A DNA stretch of 46,297 nt from Candidatus Binataceae bacterium (GTDB lineage Bacteria; Desulfobacterota; Binatia; Binatales; Binataceae). Positions 27,689 to 37,837 of the stretch are shown one piece after another. The translations under genes were made by a program, and so were the position numbers. Where the stretch lies: assembly GCA_035531855.1 (NCBI GenBank), contig DATKSB010000065.1:1-46297 (forward strand). The letters run 5' to 3'. Position 1 is the first letter of the stretch. Each line of letters begins with the position of its first letter. The notes under the pieces were generated by a model that saw only the letters and a list, made by a program, of their open reading frames with translations, was not told the origin of the DNA and did not search any database.

Positions 27689-27737
27689 ATTATAGCCGCT
27701 CGCGATGACAACGGCTGTCTTGTGGAGCGGATATAGT
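27689..27737. promoter_or_regulatory. Imperfect inverted repeat spanning two back-to-back -10-like hexamers in the WYL/recC divergent intergenic region
   Basis: Arms ATTATAGCCGCTC (27689-27701) and GAGCGGATATAGT (27725-27737) are 11/13 complementary, with a 23-nt spacer. The left arm contains TATAAT on the minus strand (27694-27689), facing the WYL gene. The right arm contains TATAGT on the plus strand (27732-27737), facing recC. Neither has a convincing -35. Confidence 0.35.
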
Positions 27738-27802
27738 GAGCGTGTTGGACGAAGCAAATCGAAAACCATATCGTCAACCTGACGCGCGGAGATAAACGGG
27801 GG

Positions 27803-30800
27803 ATGCTTAAACTTCACTATTCGAACCGGCTCGAAGGCTTGATCGAGCCGCTCGCCCGCGCGATCGGCGAGCAGCAGCGCCGCGATCCTCTGCGGAAGAT
27901 CTCGATCGTGGTGCCCAATCGCGCGGTCGAGCAATTCGTGAAATACCAGATCGCCGAACGGCTTGGTGTCGCCGCCAATCTCACTTTTCCGTTCTTGCGC
28001 GCGCATCTGACCAAGGTCGTACAGAACGCCAACTCTCGGCTGCGCGTTCTCGGGGCGAACGCGCTTCAACTCGTCATCTTCAACAGCCTGATGAGCCAGA
28101 AAAATCGCGCCAATTCGAAGCTCGCGCCAGCCTGGCAATACATCGACGCCGGCGGCGACCGCGGCACACCGGAGGCGGAGCTGCGAGCCTTCGAGTTGTC
28201 GGGCCGGGTGGCGAAGTTGTTCGAGGAATACTCGATCTCGCGCCGCGCGATGCTCGCGCGGTGGAGCAGCGACCGGTTGACCGCGGCCGATCCCGCGATT
28301 GCTGAAAGCGAAAAGTGGCAGCAAGCACTGTGGCGAATCCTCTTCAATGCCAGCGGCGGCGCAAACACTGAGTGGACCGGCGACGCGGCGCACGACTGGA
28401 TGCTGCTGCCGGACGCGTTCGCGCGGATCGGCGAACCGGCCCTGAACGTTGCGGTGCGTGACGGGTTGCACGTGTTCGGACTCGCGGCGCCGGGCCATGC
28501 TTACGCGGAGATTTTCACGCGGCTCGGCAGGCTTGGCGCGCTTTCGATCTACGCGCTCAACCCGTGCCGGGAGTTCTGGGAAGATCTTGATACTTCGCGC
28601 CGCTCCGGTCGGGCGAATTGGATCCATCGCGGGAGCCGGATCGGCGTCGATCTCGACGCAAGTGAAGATCCGTTCGGCCTCGCTGCGGCCGACAATCGGG
28701 CGCTCGAGCTGTGGGGCCGTCCGGGCCGCGAATATATCCGTCTGCTCGATGAACTCAGCGATTGCGATTTCGAATCGAACTTTATCGAGGAGCCGGCCGG
28801 CCAAACCGCATCGCTCCTTTCGCGCTTTCAGCGCGATATTTTAGATCGTTCACGCGGCGCGGAACTGAAGCAAGCCGATTCGACCGCCGGCATCCGCTTC
28901 CTCGCGTGCCCCGGAATCCAGCGCGAGGTCGAGATTGTCGCAAACGAAATCTGGCGGCTCCTGAAGCAGAGCGCATCCGCAAAGAGCCCGCTTCGCTTTC
29001 ACGAAATCGGCGTGTTGATTCCAGACCGCGAATGCGAAGCATACACGTCGCATATCGAAGCAGTCTTCGCGCGGATCCACGGTATCCCAGTCGAAATCAG
29101 CGGAGGCAGCGTCGCGCGTCAAAGCCGCGTCGCCGAAGCGATCGGGCTTTTGCTGAAGCTCCCACTCGGACGCTGTACGCGCGCCGATCTGCTGCACCTG
29201 CTCAGGCATCCTGCACTTAATGGCGGCGACGCGAAGTTCGAGGTTGAACTGTTGGACGGCTGGTGCGAGGAGCTGGGAGTTTTCTTTGGCGCCGATGGAG
29301 GCAACGCGGCCGCAACCTATATCCCGTCCAATCTTTTCAACTGGGACCAGGCGCTCAAGCGAATCGCGCTGGGAGCGTTCATGTCTGGCGAACGCGGCGG
29401 CGACGATCGGCTGTTCGAATCCGCGGAAATCGGCGCGCTGCTGCCGCTCGAGATCGACCAGAGCGAAATTCCCGCGGCGCAGGCATTCGTAAGTACGGCA
29501 CGCGCTCTTCTCGCGGACGCGAACGCGATCAAGGCAGAGCGAATGAGCCTTACGCGATGGGCGCAACTGATCGCGAAGATGATCGAAAGATACATTATCG
29601 CTACCGAGCCCGACGATCAGCAGATGCGCGACCGGTGCCTGGCCGCGATCGACACGATGCGTGCGCAGGAGATCGAAAGTCCCGAGGTGTCCTACGCCGT
29701 TGCGGAAGCGACGGCGGCGGCGCTGATCGAAGAACTCGGCGCACACCAGGTCCGCTTCGCGGGGCACGGAGTGGCCGCGGGCGCGATGGGCACGCTGCAC
29801 TCGATCCCGTTCCGGGCGATCTTCGTGATGGGTCTCGGGGAATCATTTTTTCCGGCACGGGATCCGCGCGACCCGCTCGACCTTCGCCAGACGCGGCGCC
29901 ATGCGGGGGACTTGAGTCCGACCGATCGCGATCGATATTTGTTCCTCGAATCGATTCTGGCTGCGCGCGAGCAGATCGCGTTCTCCTACGTCGCGCGCGA
30001 TGCGCATACGGGAGACCCCCTGGAGCCGTCGACGGTGCTTCGCGAACTCCAGTTTCTTCTCGGCTCATATCTGAAGGAAACCGCAGTAGAAGCCTTGACG
30101 CTGACGCATCCGGTCAGCCGTTACGATCTCAACTACTTCGGAGATCTGGTTGGCGCCGCGTCACCGCATACCGGGCTCAGCGTCGATAGCGCCGCGCGCC
30201 AAGGCGCCCGAATCACGGCGTTACGCGCCGATCTGGACCGTTACACCGATGACGCCGCGCGCCTGGACGCACGCGAGTTGCTGGCCGCGCTTTCGACTGA
30301 GGCGCACAATGCGCTGCGTCCCGATTTGCAGATTCCAAAGATGAGCGGCACCGCCACCGATCATGAGGCCGAACTGGATCTGCCGATCGCTGCGTTGCGA
30401 AAATTCCTCGAGTGTCCTGCGCAGGGAGCCGCGCGTTTTGCGCTGGGCATGAAGGAGGATGAGGACGCCGACGATGACCTCGCGGACGAACCGGTCGGGA
30501 TGACCAAACTCGATCAGGTGACTCTTCTGCGTGAGGTATTCTGGAAGCTGCCAAATACGGACGCCGCAGCACAATCCGAATACAAGCGTGCGGCTGCGCT
30601 GGCGCAAATGAAGGGGCGTGCACCGGTGGGTCCAATAGCCGATACCTTGCGCAAGCGGGATCTGGATTTGATCCGGCGCTGGCATAAGTGCGCCGAGGCG
30701 GCAAACGCCGGCAATTTGTCGCAGTGGAAAGAGTTTCGAATCGGCCGGGCCGACGAGCACGCGTCATCTGCGCAAGAGATTCTGCCCTATCTCATACTCG

Positions 30801-31390
30801 ATGTGCCGATACGCACGGTGCGCGGCAAATCAACCACGCGGCGGGTCAGGCTTCACGGAAGTGTCGGAGTTTTTTCGCCCGGGTTTGACGCAGCGTTGCA
30901 ATGTGTCGCGCGCAAGGAGGCAAAAGCCAAACATTTCCTGCCCCTGTTCCTGAACGCGATCGTACTAAAGGCGGCGGGAGCACCAGTTGCAAAAGAGTTC
31001 AGGGCGATACTGGCGGGCGCCGGGCCCGAAAAGAAAAAGCAGCCCCTCTGGATCAGAACTCTAACCGCGCCGGATAAAGATCAGGCAGTCGAGTATCTGA
31101 CCAGACTCGTCAGCGACCTGCTTTCCGACACGCACGATTATTTCCTTCCGATCGAAGCGGCGGAAAAGGTTTACAAGTTATCCCGCAAGGATGACGGGGC
31201 AGAGGCGGTCGCGGCGCTCGAAGAGATGCGCGACCAGGACCGCGATTTTGGTTTGCCGAGCTCGGCGTATGGGCCGCTGCGCAGATGGCGCGAGCTCGAG
31301 CTGCCCAGCCCAGAGAAAATATTCGACCTCGTAAATCGCCGCTTCGGGCCGATCAAGTCGCTGTTTGGCGATGAGGAGGTCGGAGAATGA
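27803..31390 (+). CDS. recC: Exodeoxyribonuclease V gamma subunit RecC
   Basis: 1195 aa. N-terminus MLKLHYSNRLEGLIEPL...VVPNRAVEQFVKYQIAERLGVAANLTFPF parallels E. coli RecC (MLRVYHSNRLDVL...). Translationally coupled to recB by an ATGA overlap. GGAG lies 11 nt upstream of the ATG. Confidence 0.9.
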   Translation: MLKLHYSNRLEGLIEPLARAIGEQQRRDPLRKISIVVPNRAVEQFVKYQIAERLGVAANLTFPFLRAHLTKVVQNANSRLRVLGANALQLVIFNSLMSQKNRANSKLAPAWQYIDAGGDRGTPEAELRAFELSGRVAKLFEEYSISRRAMLARWSSDRLTAADPAIAESEKWQQALWRILFNASGGANTEWTGDAAHDWMLLPDAFARIGEPALNVAVRDGLHVFGLAAPGHAYAEIFTRLGRLGALSIYALNPCREFWEDLDTSRRSGRANWIHRGSRIGVDLDASEDPFGLAAADNRALELWGRPGREYIRLLDELSDCDFESNFIEEPAGQTASLLSRFQRDILDRSRGAELKQADSTAGIRFLACPGIQREVEIVANEIWRLLKQSASAKSPLRFHEIGVLIPDRECEAYTSHIEAVFARIHGIPVEISGGSVARQSRVAEAIGLLLKLPLGRCTRADLLHLLRHPALNGGDAKFEVELLDGWCEELGVFFGADGGNAAATYIPSNLFNWDQALKRIALGAFMSGERGGDDRLFESAEIGALLPLEIDQSEIPAAQAFVSTARALLADANAIKAERMSLTRWAQLIAKMIERYIIATEPDDQQMRDRCLAAIDTMRAQEIESPEVSYAVAEATAAALIEELGAHQVRFAGHGVAAGAMGTLHSIPFRAIFVMGLGESFFPARDPRDPLDLRQTRRHAGDLSPTDRDRYLFLESILAAREQIAFSYVARDAHTGDPLEPSTVLRELQFLLGSYLKETAVEALTLTHPVSRYDLNYFGDLVGAASPHTGLSVDSAARQGARITALRADLDRYTDDAARLDARELLAALSTEAHNALRPDLQIPKMSGTATDHEAELDLPIAALRKFLECPAQGAARFALGMKEDEDADDDLADEPVGMTKLDQVTLLREVFWKLPNTDAAAQSEYKRAAALAQMKGRAPVGPIADTLRKRDLDLIRRWHKCAEAANAGNLSQWKEFRIGRADEHASSAQEILPYLILDVPIRTVRGKSTTRRVRLHGSVGVFSPGFDAALQCVARKEAKAKHFLPLFLNAIVLKAAGAPVAKEFRAILAGAGPEKKKQPLWIRTLTAPDKDQAVEYLTRLVSDLLSDTHDYFLPIEAAEKVYKLSRKDDGAEAVAALEEMRDQDRDFGLPSSAYGPLRRWRELELPSPEKIFDLVNRRFGPIKSLFGDEEVGE

Positions 31391-34300
31391 ACGGAGCTGT
31401 TTATGTTCGTCCCGACGTCCTGGACAAAATCGGACTCGGCAAGCATCGCGTGATCGAGGCCAATGCCGGCACCGGCAAGACCTTCACGCTCGAGCATCTG
31501 ATCGTCGAGTTGCTGGTCCGCGGGAAAACGCCGCTCGAACAGATCCTTGCGGTCACCTTCACTCAGCGTGCGACCGCTGAGCTGCGCGCTCGCATTCGCG
31601 CCGCGATCGATCGCGCGTTGCGCGCGGCGTATGCAGGCGATGAAGCGATCAAGTCTGCGTTCCCTGGCACTAGCGACCTCATCGCACCGCTCGAAGCAGC
31701 GCTGTTCTCGTTTGAACGCGCGCCGATTCATACGATTCACAGTTTCTGCCAGCGAGTCCTGACGGAGCTCGCATTCGACACCGGTGCCAGGTTCGCGACC
31801 GAGGCCGCCGATGGACGCGCTTTGTTTCACGATGCGTTTCGTGCGGTGTTGCGCCAAAAAAAAATCGCCGGCGCCGAATACGCCGGACAGTTAGAAAAGT
31901 GGATTGGAGATTCAGGCAAATCGGTTGATGATCTCGAGAAGATGCTCTTCGAGGTGAATCGCAATCACTATGAGCCGGGCCATAGCGGACCCGCGGCACC
32001 GCTGGAAAATCGATTGGCCGACCTGTTGGTGCCGTCGATGCGCGAATGGCTGCACGCGGAAAAGTTCCGCCTCGGCGTGGTCGATTATGATGACATGCTC
32101 GAGCGCGTCCATGAGGCGCTCGCCAATGATGCAAACGGCAGGCTGGCGGCGGCGCTGCGTTCGCGGTATCGGTTCGCGCTGATCGACGAGTTCCAGGACA
32201 CCGACGAGATCCAGTGGGCAATCTTCCGCAAGATCTTTGTCGAGGGCAACGCGCAGAACGCTCTGTATCTGATCGGCGATCCCAAGCAGGCTATCTATTC
32301 GTTCCGAGGCGCCGATGTTCAGACGTATTTGCGGGCGTGCGGCCAGATTGCCGCGCCGCCGAATGATCCGATCGCGCTGATCGAGAATTTTCGCTCGACC
32401 GAGGCGATGATCGCCGCGATCAATGCGATTTTGGATCAGAACGCGAATCCGCCGCTGTTCAGCGGCTCGATCAAGTACCAGAACCCGGTATCCTGCGGGC
32501 GCGAAGAACTGTGCGCAAAGGTTGCCGGCAGGGATTTGGCCCCGATCACGCTGATTGCGGCCGCACGCGACGCGAAATATAACGCCGTCGCGATCCGGCG
32601 GATGCTCGCGCGCCGGATCGCTGCGACGATCAAGGCCATCGTGAAAAATCCCGCCGCGGCGATCACCGTCACTGACGGCGCGAAACCGCGGCCGACGGTC
32701 ACTTATGGAGATATCTTCATCCTGACCAACACCAATGCCGAAGGAGTCAAACTTGCCGAGTATCTCCGCGCGGAAGGTGTTCCGTACGCATTCTACAAGC
32801 GTGAAGGATTGTTTCAGACCGATGAGGCACGCGATGTGCTCGACGTGCTGCGAGCGGTTGCCGCGCCCAATAGTCGATCGAATCGCCTGAAGTCTTGGGC
32901 CACACCGTTTTTTGCCGTCCCGATGCGCGAGCTTGCAAAGCTCGGGGAGCCGGAGCCGTCCGATCCGCTAATGGCGCGGCTGGCCCAGTGGCATGGGCTC
33001 GCGAAGGAAGGAAATTTCGCGGAGTTATTCGACTCGCTGCTCGAAGACAGCGGACTCGCAGCGCGCCAACTGTTTGGAGCCCCGAATATGCGCGAGCTTA
33101 CCAACTACGAACACATCTTCGAGTTGGTCCTCGCGGAAGCGCTCAGAGAAGGATGGTCGATCGCGGATATCATTGATCGTCTGGCTGCCTACGTAGGCGA
33201 GTTTCGGCTTCCGTCGGGCGAGGATCCGAATCTCATGCGGCTCGAGAGCGAACGTGCGGCGGTTCAGATCATGACGATTCACAAAGCCAAGGGACTCGAG
33301 GCGCGAGTCGTGTTCCTGTTCGGCGGCTTCTTCGCGAACAGTAGTCCGCGCCCGGTGAAAACTTATCACGGCCGGGAGGGCGATCGTCGTCTCGCGATCG
33401 GGAGCATCGCGCAAGGCGTGGAACGCGCGAGTATTAAACAAGAGGAAGCCGAGGAAGATCAGCGGCTGCTTTACGTAGCGACCACGCGCGCGCGCGCAAA
33501 ACTATACCTTCCCTATATCCCAACCAAACCTGGAAAACTTGATCTCTCCGGAAGGTACAAGCAACTCAATGATCGGCTGCGCGCGATGGACGCGGCCGGA
33601 CAGCTGCTAGAGCCTCTGTTCGAGACCGTTTCAATGGAGATGGAGGCGCGGCGGGCGAACGCCGGCACGAACTCGATCGGGGGATGGATGCCTCCCGCGA
33701 GTCTGCTCACAGACTCGGGCGCGGCGAAATTCGAGAGCGAAGCTGGGATACTCGCGCGCGCAGGTGCCGGGATCGCAACGCTGTCCTATACCTCATTGCA
33801 TCGCCGCGGCGAGCTGGAACTCGAACCGCGCGAGTTCAAGAGCGACCTCGAACCTGCCGCCGAACCCGCGGAGATCGCGTCGGAACCGCGTGGAGGCGCC
33901 GCGGCGGGAATCTTTCTGCACGAGACGATCGAACAGCTCGATCTAAAAACCCTGGCCGGCGCGCGCGATCTGGCTGCCTGGAGCGCGCTCGATGAGGTCC
34001 GCGAGCTCTTCGATTCCGCCTTGCAGCGTCATCAGGTGCCTGAACGCGAGCGCTGGATGACTCGCGGCCCCGAACTCGTTTTCAACACGCTGCGCTCACC
34101 GATCGCGGCCGGAGTCACGACGATTCCCGCGCTGGCGCAATGCGCTTGCGAACGCGAGATGGAGTTCACCTTTCCGATACCCGAGCGCGGTCATCGGCTG
34201 CTCAATTCCGCAGCGGCGAATGACAGCGCACGATGGCGCATCGAGCGTGGCGTATACGTCGGATTCGTGGATTTTGTGTTTCGTTACGAAAATCGCGTTT

Positions 34301-34602
34301 ATTTTGCCGACTGGAAAAGCGATCTGATGGCCTCTTACGAACCGAATTCGGTAGCGGAGCATGCGCAGAAGAATTACCGCCTGCAGGCAAAGATCTACAC
34401 CATCGGCGTGACGCGCCTGCTGGGAATTCAAACCGAAGCTGATTACGAGGCCGGGTTCGGCGGCCTGCTCTACCTGTTCATTCGCGGCATCACGCCCGCC
34501 GGCGGCGGAAATCGCGGCGTCTATTTTTATCGCCCACCATGGTCCGAAGTGGTGCGCACGGAACGCGAACTGATGCGGCCCTTCGAAATAGGGCGAAATT
34601 GA
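31387..34602 (+). CDS. recB: Exodeoxyribonuclease V beta subunit RecB (UvrD-type helicase + PD-(D/E)XK nuclease)
   Basis: EANAGTGKTFT, TIHSFC, LIDEFQDTD, GDPKQAIYSFRGAD, TIHKAKGLE, LYVATTRAR. C-terminal nuclease: GIFLHETIE...GFVDFVFRYENRVYFADWKSD...YRLQAKIY. Confidence 0.92.
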   Translation: MNGAVYVRPDVLDKIGLGKHRVIEANAGTGKTFTLEHLIVELLVRGKTPLEQILAVTFTQRATAELRARIRAAIDRALRAAYAGDEAIKSAFPGTSDLIAPLEAALFSFERAPIHTIHSFCQRVLTELAFDTGARFATEAADGRALFHDAFRAVLRQKKIAGAEYAGQLEKWIGDSGKSVDDLEKMLFEVNRNHYEPGHSGPAAPLENRLADLLVPSMREWLHAEKFRLGVVDYDDMLERVHEALANDANGRLAAALRSRYRFALIDEFQDTDEIQWAIFRKIFVEGNAQNALYLIGDPKQAIYSFRGADVQTYLRACGQIAAPPNDPIALIENFRSTEAMIAAINAILDQNANPPLFSGSIKYQNPVSCGREELCAKVAGRDLAPITLIAAARDAKYNAVAIRRMLARRIAATIKAIVKNPAAAITVTDGAKPRPTVTYGDIFILTNTNAEGVKLAEYLRAEGVPYAFYKREGLFQTDEARDVLDVLRAVAAPNSRSNRLKSWATPFFAVPMRELAKLGEPEPSDPLMARLAQWHGLAKEGNFAELFDSLLEDSGLAARQLFGAPNMRELTNYEHIFELVLAEALREGWSIADIIDRLAAYVGEFRLPSGEDPNLMRLESERAAVQIMTIHKAKGLEARVVFLFGGFFANSSPRPVKTYHGREGDRRLAIGSIAQGVERASIKQEEAEEDQRLLYVATTRARAKLYLPYIPTKPGKLDLSGRYKQLNDRLRAMDAAGQLLEPLFETVSMEMEARRANAGTNSIGGWMPPASLLTDSGAAKFESEAGILARAGAGIATLSYTSLHRRGELELEPREFKSDLEPAAEPAEIASEPRGGAAAGIFLHETIEQLDLKTLAGARDLAAWSALDEVRELFDSALQRHQVPERERWMTRGPELVFNTLRSPIAAGVTTIPALAQCACEREMEFTFPIPERGHRLLNSAAANDSARWRIERGVYVGFVDFVFRYENRVYFADWKSDLMASYEPNSVAEHAQKNYRLQAKIYTIGVTRLLGIQTEADYEAGFGGLLYLFIRGITPAGGGNRGVYFYRPPWSEVVRTERELMRPFEIGRN

Positions 34603-36644
34603 TGAAGCCGGTTTACTCTCTGCTTGGAATGGACACTGCGTGGCAGCGCAACTCGGGTGTTCAGCGGGCCGCGACGCAGTTCGAAACCGACATGACGCAT
34701 CTTCGCGCGTCGGTCGCGGAACTCAATCTCGATGCGGGCGCGGTGCATCTGGCGGCGGAGATCGCAGCGCTCGAGCCGGGCTTCGAGCTGGACGACGGCC
34801 CGAGATTCGCGCTGATCGTGCTGATTGTCCTCTCACTGGCCGCCGTCGCCGAGGGCAACACGCGATTTCCCGTGAGCGGCGATGAATCGAAAGAACCGCT
34901 GGAGCGGATGCTCTCCGCCCTGATAGCGCCACCGTTCGAGGAGTCCGCGCGCGAACGGATCGCGGAAAAAATCGCAACGATTCTGGCTGCTGATGGTGCG
35001 TCCGCGGTCATCGGACGAAATCCAGACGCAAGGCGTCCGCTACTCTATCTCGAGCCGTATCTATACCACGAAAGGATCTACCGCGCCGAGCAAAGGCTCG
35101 CCCGACGCCTTGCTGCAATGGCGGATATAGAAGGTGCGCCGAGCAAACAGACGATCGCGAAGGCCCTTGCGGACGTAGTGGCGCGTCCGGCCATGATTGC
35201 CGGCATTGCGGCTGTTCTTTCCGACGAACAACGCCGGGCAGTCGAAATCGGTGCGGTATCGCGCCTTGCGATAATCTCCGGCGGACCGGGAACCGGCAAG
35301 ACTTCGATCATCGCGGCGATCCTGCGCGTGCTGGTGCGCATGGGGATTGATCCCGCGGCAGTCGCACTGGCTGCACCAACCGGTAAGGCCGCGTATCGGA
35401 TGAACGAATCGATCCGTAATACAATGAGCTCGATCGCCAATCCGGCCGCAGAGGACTCCACCCTCGCCACCACGATTCCCGCCGCGTCCACGATCCATCG
35501 CCTGCTCGGATATTCGAGCACGCGAAGATCTTTCGCCCATCATCGCGGCAATCCGCTCGACGCCTCCATCGTGATCGTCGATGAAACCTCGATGCTCGAT
35601 CTGATGCTGATGGATCATCTAACGGCGGCTCTGCGGCCGCAGGCACGCCTGGTGATCGTCGGTGATGCGGATCAGTTGCCGTCGGTCGCCGCGGGTGCGG
35701 TGCTGCGCGACTTGATGCCGGGTGAGGCAACCGCGCCATCCACCGCGATGGCGGAGATGAGCGCGAGGCTTACGGAGAACTATCGCGTCAAGGCCGAGGA
35801 CATCGGCGGCGCGGCGGTCGCGATGATCGCGCGGCAAATCAACGAGGGCCGCGCCGATCTACTCTCGGCCGCCGATAGCCCGGTAGTTCGGCGCGCGAGC
35901 GTAGCCGAAATCACATTCTCCGGCGTCGAGCTCGTGGGCGGCGCGTCGGAGTCGCTGCCGGATTTTCTGACGCACTTCGCGCGCGCGCAAATCGATTCGG
36001 AAGATTACACATCGATGGCGGCGCGGACGTACGCGCTCGCAGATGGCGCATTCAGCGCCGAGGACTCGGCGACGGTGGCGCGGATGCTCGCGCATCTGGC
36101 GCGCGCGAGGATTCTATGCGTGACGCGGATTGGCCGCTGCGGCGCCGACGCGATCAACGCGCGGATGCATCGCGCGGCGCTTGGCCGCACACCGGCAGAG
36201 CGCGGCGCGATGATCGCGGGCGAGCCGGTTATCGTCTTGCGCAACGACTATGATCACATGCTGTTCAACGGCGATCAGGGCTTGCTGGTGAACCTTGCCG
36301 AGCGCGGAGGACGCCGCTCGCTGGCAGCGGTGTTCGCGCGCGGTGCGGAACTGTCCGCATTTCGAATCGAGATGCTGTCGGACGCGATCGATCTGTGCTA
36401 CGCGATGACAGTGTATAAAGCGCAAGGCTCGGAGTTCGAGTGCGTCGCTCTCATTCTGCCCGAACGCGACATGCCGCTGCTCTCGCGCGAGACGATCTAC
36501 ACCGCGGTCAGCCGCGGCCGCCGGTCGTGTGTGATTTTTGGCGGCGAAGGTTTGCTCGAACGGGCGGTCGCGCGGCGCAGCGAACGCTTCTCCGGACTAG
36601 CGCAGGCAATCGAGCAGCGTCGCGCGGCAAAACCCGGCGGCTGA
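34602..36644 (+). CDS. recD: Exodeoxyribonuclease V alpha subunit RecD
   Basis: [45 protein letters not shown], and N-terminal [20 protein letters not shown] 34602 overlaps the recB stop (TGATG). The track start at 34539 lies inside recB. Confidence 0.9.
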   Translation: MKPVYSLLGMDTAWQRNSGVQRAATQFETDMTHLRASVAELNLDAGAVHLAAEIAALEPGFELDDGPRFALIVLIVLSLAAVAEGNTRFPVSGDESKEPLERMLSALIAPPFEESARERIAEKIATILAADGASAVIGRNPDARRPLLYLEPYLYHERIYRAEQRLARRLAAMADIEGAPSKQTIAKALADVVARPAMIAGIAAVLSDEQRRAVEIGAVSRLAIISGGPGTGKTSIIAAILRVLVRMGIDPAAVALAAPTGKAAYRMNESIRNTMSSIANPAAEDSTLATTIPAASTIHRLLGYSSTRRSFAHHRGNPLDASIVIVDETSMLDLMLMDHLTAALRPQARLVIVGDADQLPSVAAGAVLRDLMPGEATAPSTAMAEMSARLTENYRVKAEDIGGAAVAMIARQINEGRADLLSAADSPVVRRASVAEITFSGVELVGGASESLPDFLTHFARAQIDSEDYTSMAARTYALADGAFSAEDSATVARMLAHLARARILCVTRIGRCGADAINARMHRAALGRTPAERGAMIAGEPVIVLRNDYDHMLFNGDQGLLVNLAERGGRRSLAAVFARGAELSAFRIEMLSDAIDLCYAMTVYKAQGSEFECVALILPERDMPLLSRETIYTAVSRGRRSCVIFGGEGLLERAVARRSERFSGLAQAIEQRRAAKPGG

Positions 36645-36774
36645 ATCAGGGTTTCACGAAATAGCCGTACATTTTATCCGCAAGCGGCGGATTGCCGAAA
36701 TAAACAGGCGTCATCGGAGATACCGGCGTATTATAATCAGACCGCGCGATTACTTGACGAAGGGAGAATTTCCA

Positions 36775-37794
36775 ATGCAGGTCGGAATGATCGGATTAGG
36801 CAGAATGGGCGCCAACATGGTGAAGCGGCTGATTCATGCAGGCCACCAATGCGTTGTGTTCGACGTGAGCCAGGACTCGGTCAAGGCCCTGGAGAAAGAA
36901 GGCGCGACGGGCGCAACCTCGATGGACGATTTCGTCGCCAAACTGACCAAGCCGCGCGCGACCTGGATGATGGTGCCGGCGGCCGTCGTGGAAAGCACGG
37001 TCGCGGAGCTCAGCAAGCGCTTCGAACGCGGCGACATTATCGTCGATGGCGGCAACTCGTACTACGTCGATGATATTCGCCGGGCCAAGGCCCTCGTCCC
37101 CAAGGGGATTCATTACGTCGATTCCGGAACCAGCGGCGGCGTGTGGGGCTTTGAGCGCGGCTACTGCCAGATGATCGGCGGCGAGGCCGGGGTGGTGAAG
37201 CATTTAGATCCGATTTTCTCCGCTCTCGCGCCACCGATGGACAGCGCGCCGCGCACCGAGGGGCGCGACAAGGTCAAGAACAGCACCGCCGAGCACGGCT
37301 ACCTGCATTGCGGCGCCAACGGCGCGGGGCATTTCGTCAAGATGGTGCACAACGGGATCGAGTACGGAATCATGGCCGCATACGCCGAGGGACTGAACAT
37401 CCTGCATCACGCCAACATCGGCAAAACCAAGGGCGCCGCCGACGCCGAGACCACGCCGCTGCGCGATCCCGAGCTGTATCAGTACGACATGAACCTCACC
37501 GACATCACCGAGGTCTGGCGGCGCGGCAGCGTGATCTCGTCGTGGCTGCTGGATCTGACCGCGTCCGCGTTGCTGGGCGATCCGGAGCTCAAGAAATTCG
37601 CCGGGCGTGTATCGGATTCGGGCGAAGGGCGCTGGACCATCGACGCCGCGATCGACGAGGGCGTGCCCGCAGGCGTTTTGACTTCGGCGCTGTTCGAGCG
37701 CTTCAGTTCGCGCGGCGCGGGCGACTTCGCCGACAAGCTGCTGTCCGCGATGCGCTACGAATTTGGGGGACATCTTGAAAAACCCGGCAAGTAA
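36775..37794 (+). CDS. gnd: 6-phosphogluconate dehydrogenase, decarboxylating (short Gnd-like form)
   Basis: [16 protein letters not shown] Rossmann N-terminus, GGNSYY.DD.RR, and [21 protein letters not shown] lies about 9 nt upstream of ATG 36775. Confidence 0.85.
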   Translation: MQVGMIGLGRMGANMVKRLIHAGHQCVVFDVSQDSVKALEKEGATGATSMDDFVAKLTKPRATWMMVPAAVVESTVAELSKRFERGDIIVDGGNSYYVDDIRRAKALVPKGIHYVDSGTSGGVWGFERGYCQMIGGEAGVVKHLDPIFSALAPPMDSAPRTEGRDKVKNSTAEHGYLHCGANGAGHFVKMVHNGIEYGIMAAYAEGLNILHHANIGKTKGAADAETTPLRDPELYQYDMNLTDITEVWRRGSVISSWLLDLTASALLGDPELKKFAGRVSDSGEGRWTIDAAIDEGVPAGVLTSALFERFSSRGAGDFADKLLSAMRYEFGGHLEKPGK

Positions 37795-37837
37795 TCGCGC
37801 CCGTCCCGCGCGGAGCCAACCTGACAAAGGAACCCCG

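Noticed and set aside
27706-27737. Resemblance of CTTGTGGAGCGGATATAGT to the mycobacterial PafBC / RecA-NDp promoter motif (TGTC-type box, about 8 nt, then TAnnnT).
   Set aside because: Only TTGT and the TAnnnT hexamer match. The spacing between them is about 3-4 nt rather than 8, and the box itself is poorly matched. This is not enough to call.
27772-27784. The palindrome CGTCAACCTGACG in the recC leader shares the 10-mer TCAACCTGAC with the tetR-proximal operator (9752-9761), which hinted at TetR control of recC.
   Set aside because: The half-site order is inverted (GTCA-N3-TGAC versus TGAC-N3-GTCA), and the flanks of the 19-bp operator do not match. This is most likely coincidence in GC-rich DNA.
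27662-28804. The N-terminal 381 codons of the 724-aa minus-strand ORF (26630..28804) in the track.
   Set aside because: This stretch is antisense to recC. It is Arg/Pro/Ala-rich and shows no family-like motifs. The WYL regulator has its own ATG at 27661 with a strong AAGGAGGG SD. The extension is an open antisense frame typical of high-GC DNA.
36732-36737. A perfect TATAAT hexamer 38 nt upstream of the gnd ATG, considered as a promoter call.
   Set aside because: There is no acceptable -35 at 16-19 nt (CGTCAT at best). It is plausible as a -10, but I could not support a full promoter, so it is left out of the feature list.
36751-36760. TACTTGACGA just upstream of gnd is identical to the left half of the tetR operator.
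   Set aside because: Only a half-site is present, and the right half (AGGGAGAATT) is the gnd ribosome-binding region, not GTCA. This is not a palindrome.
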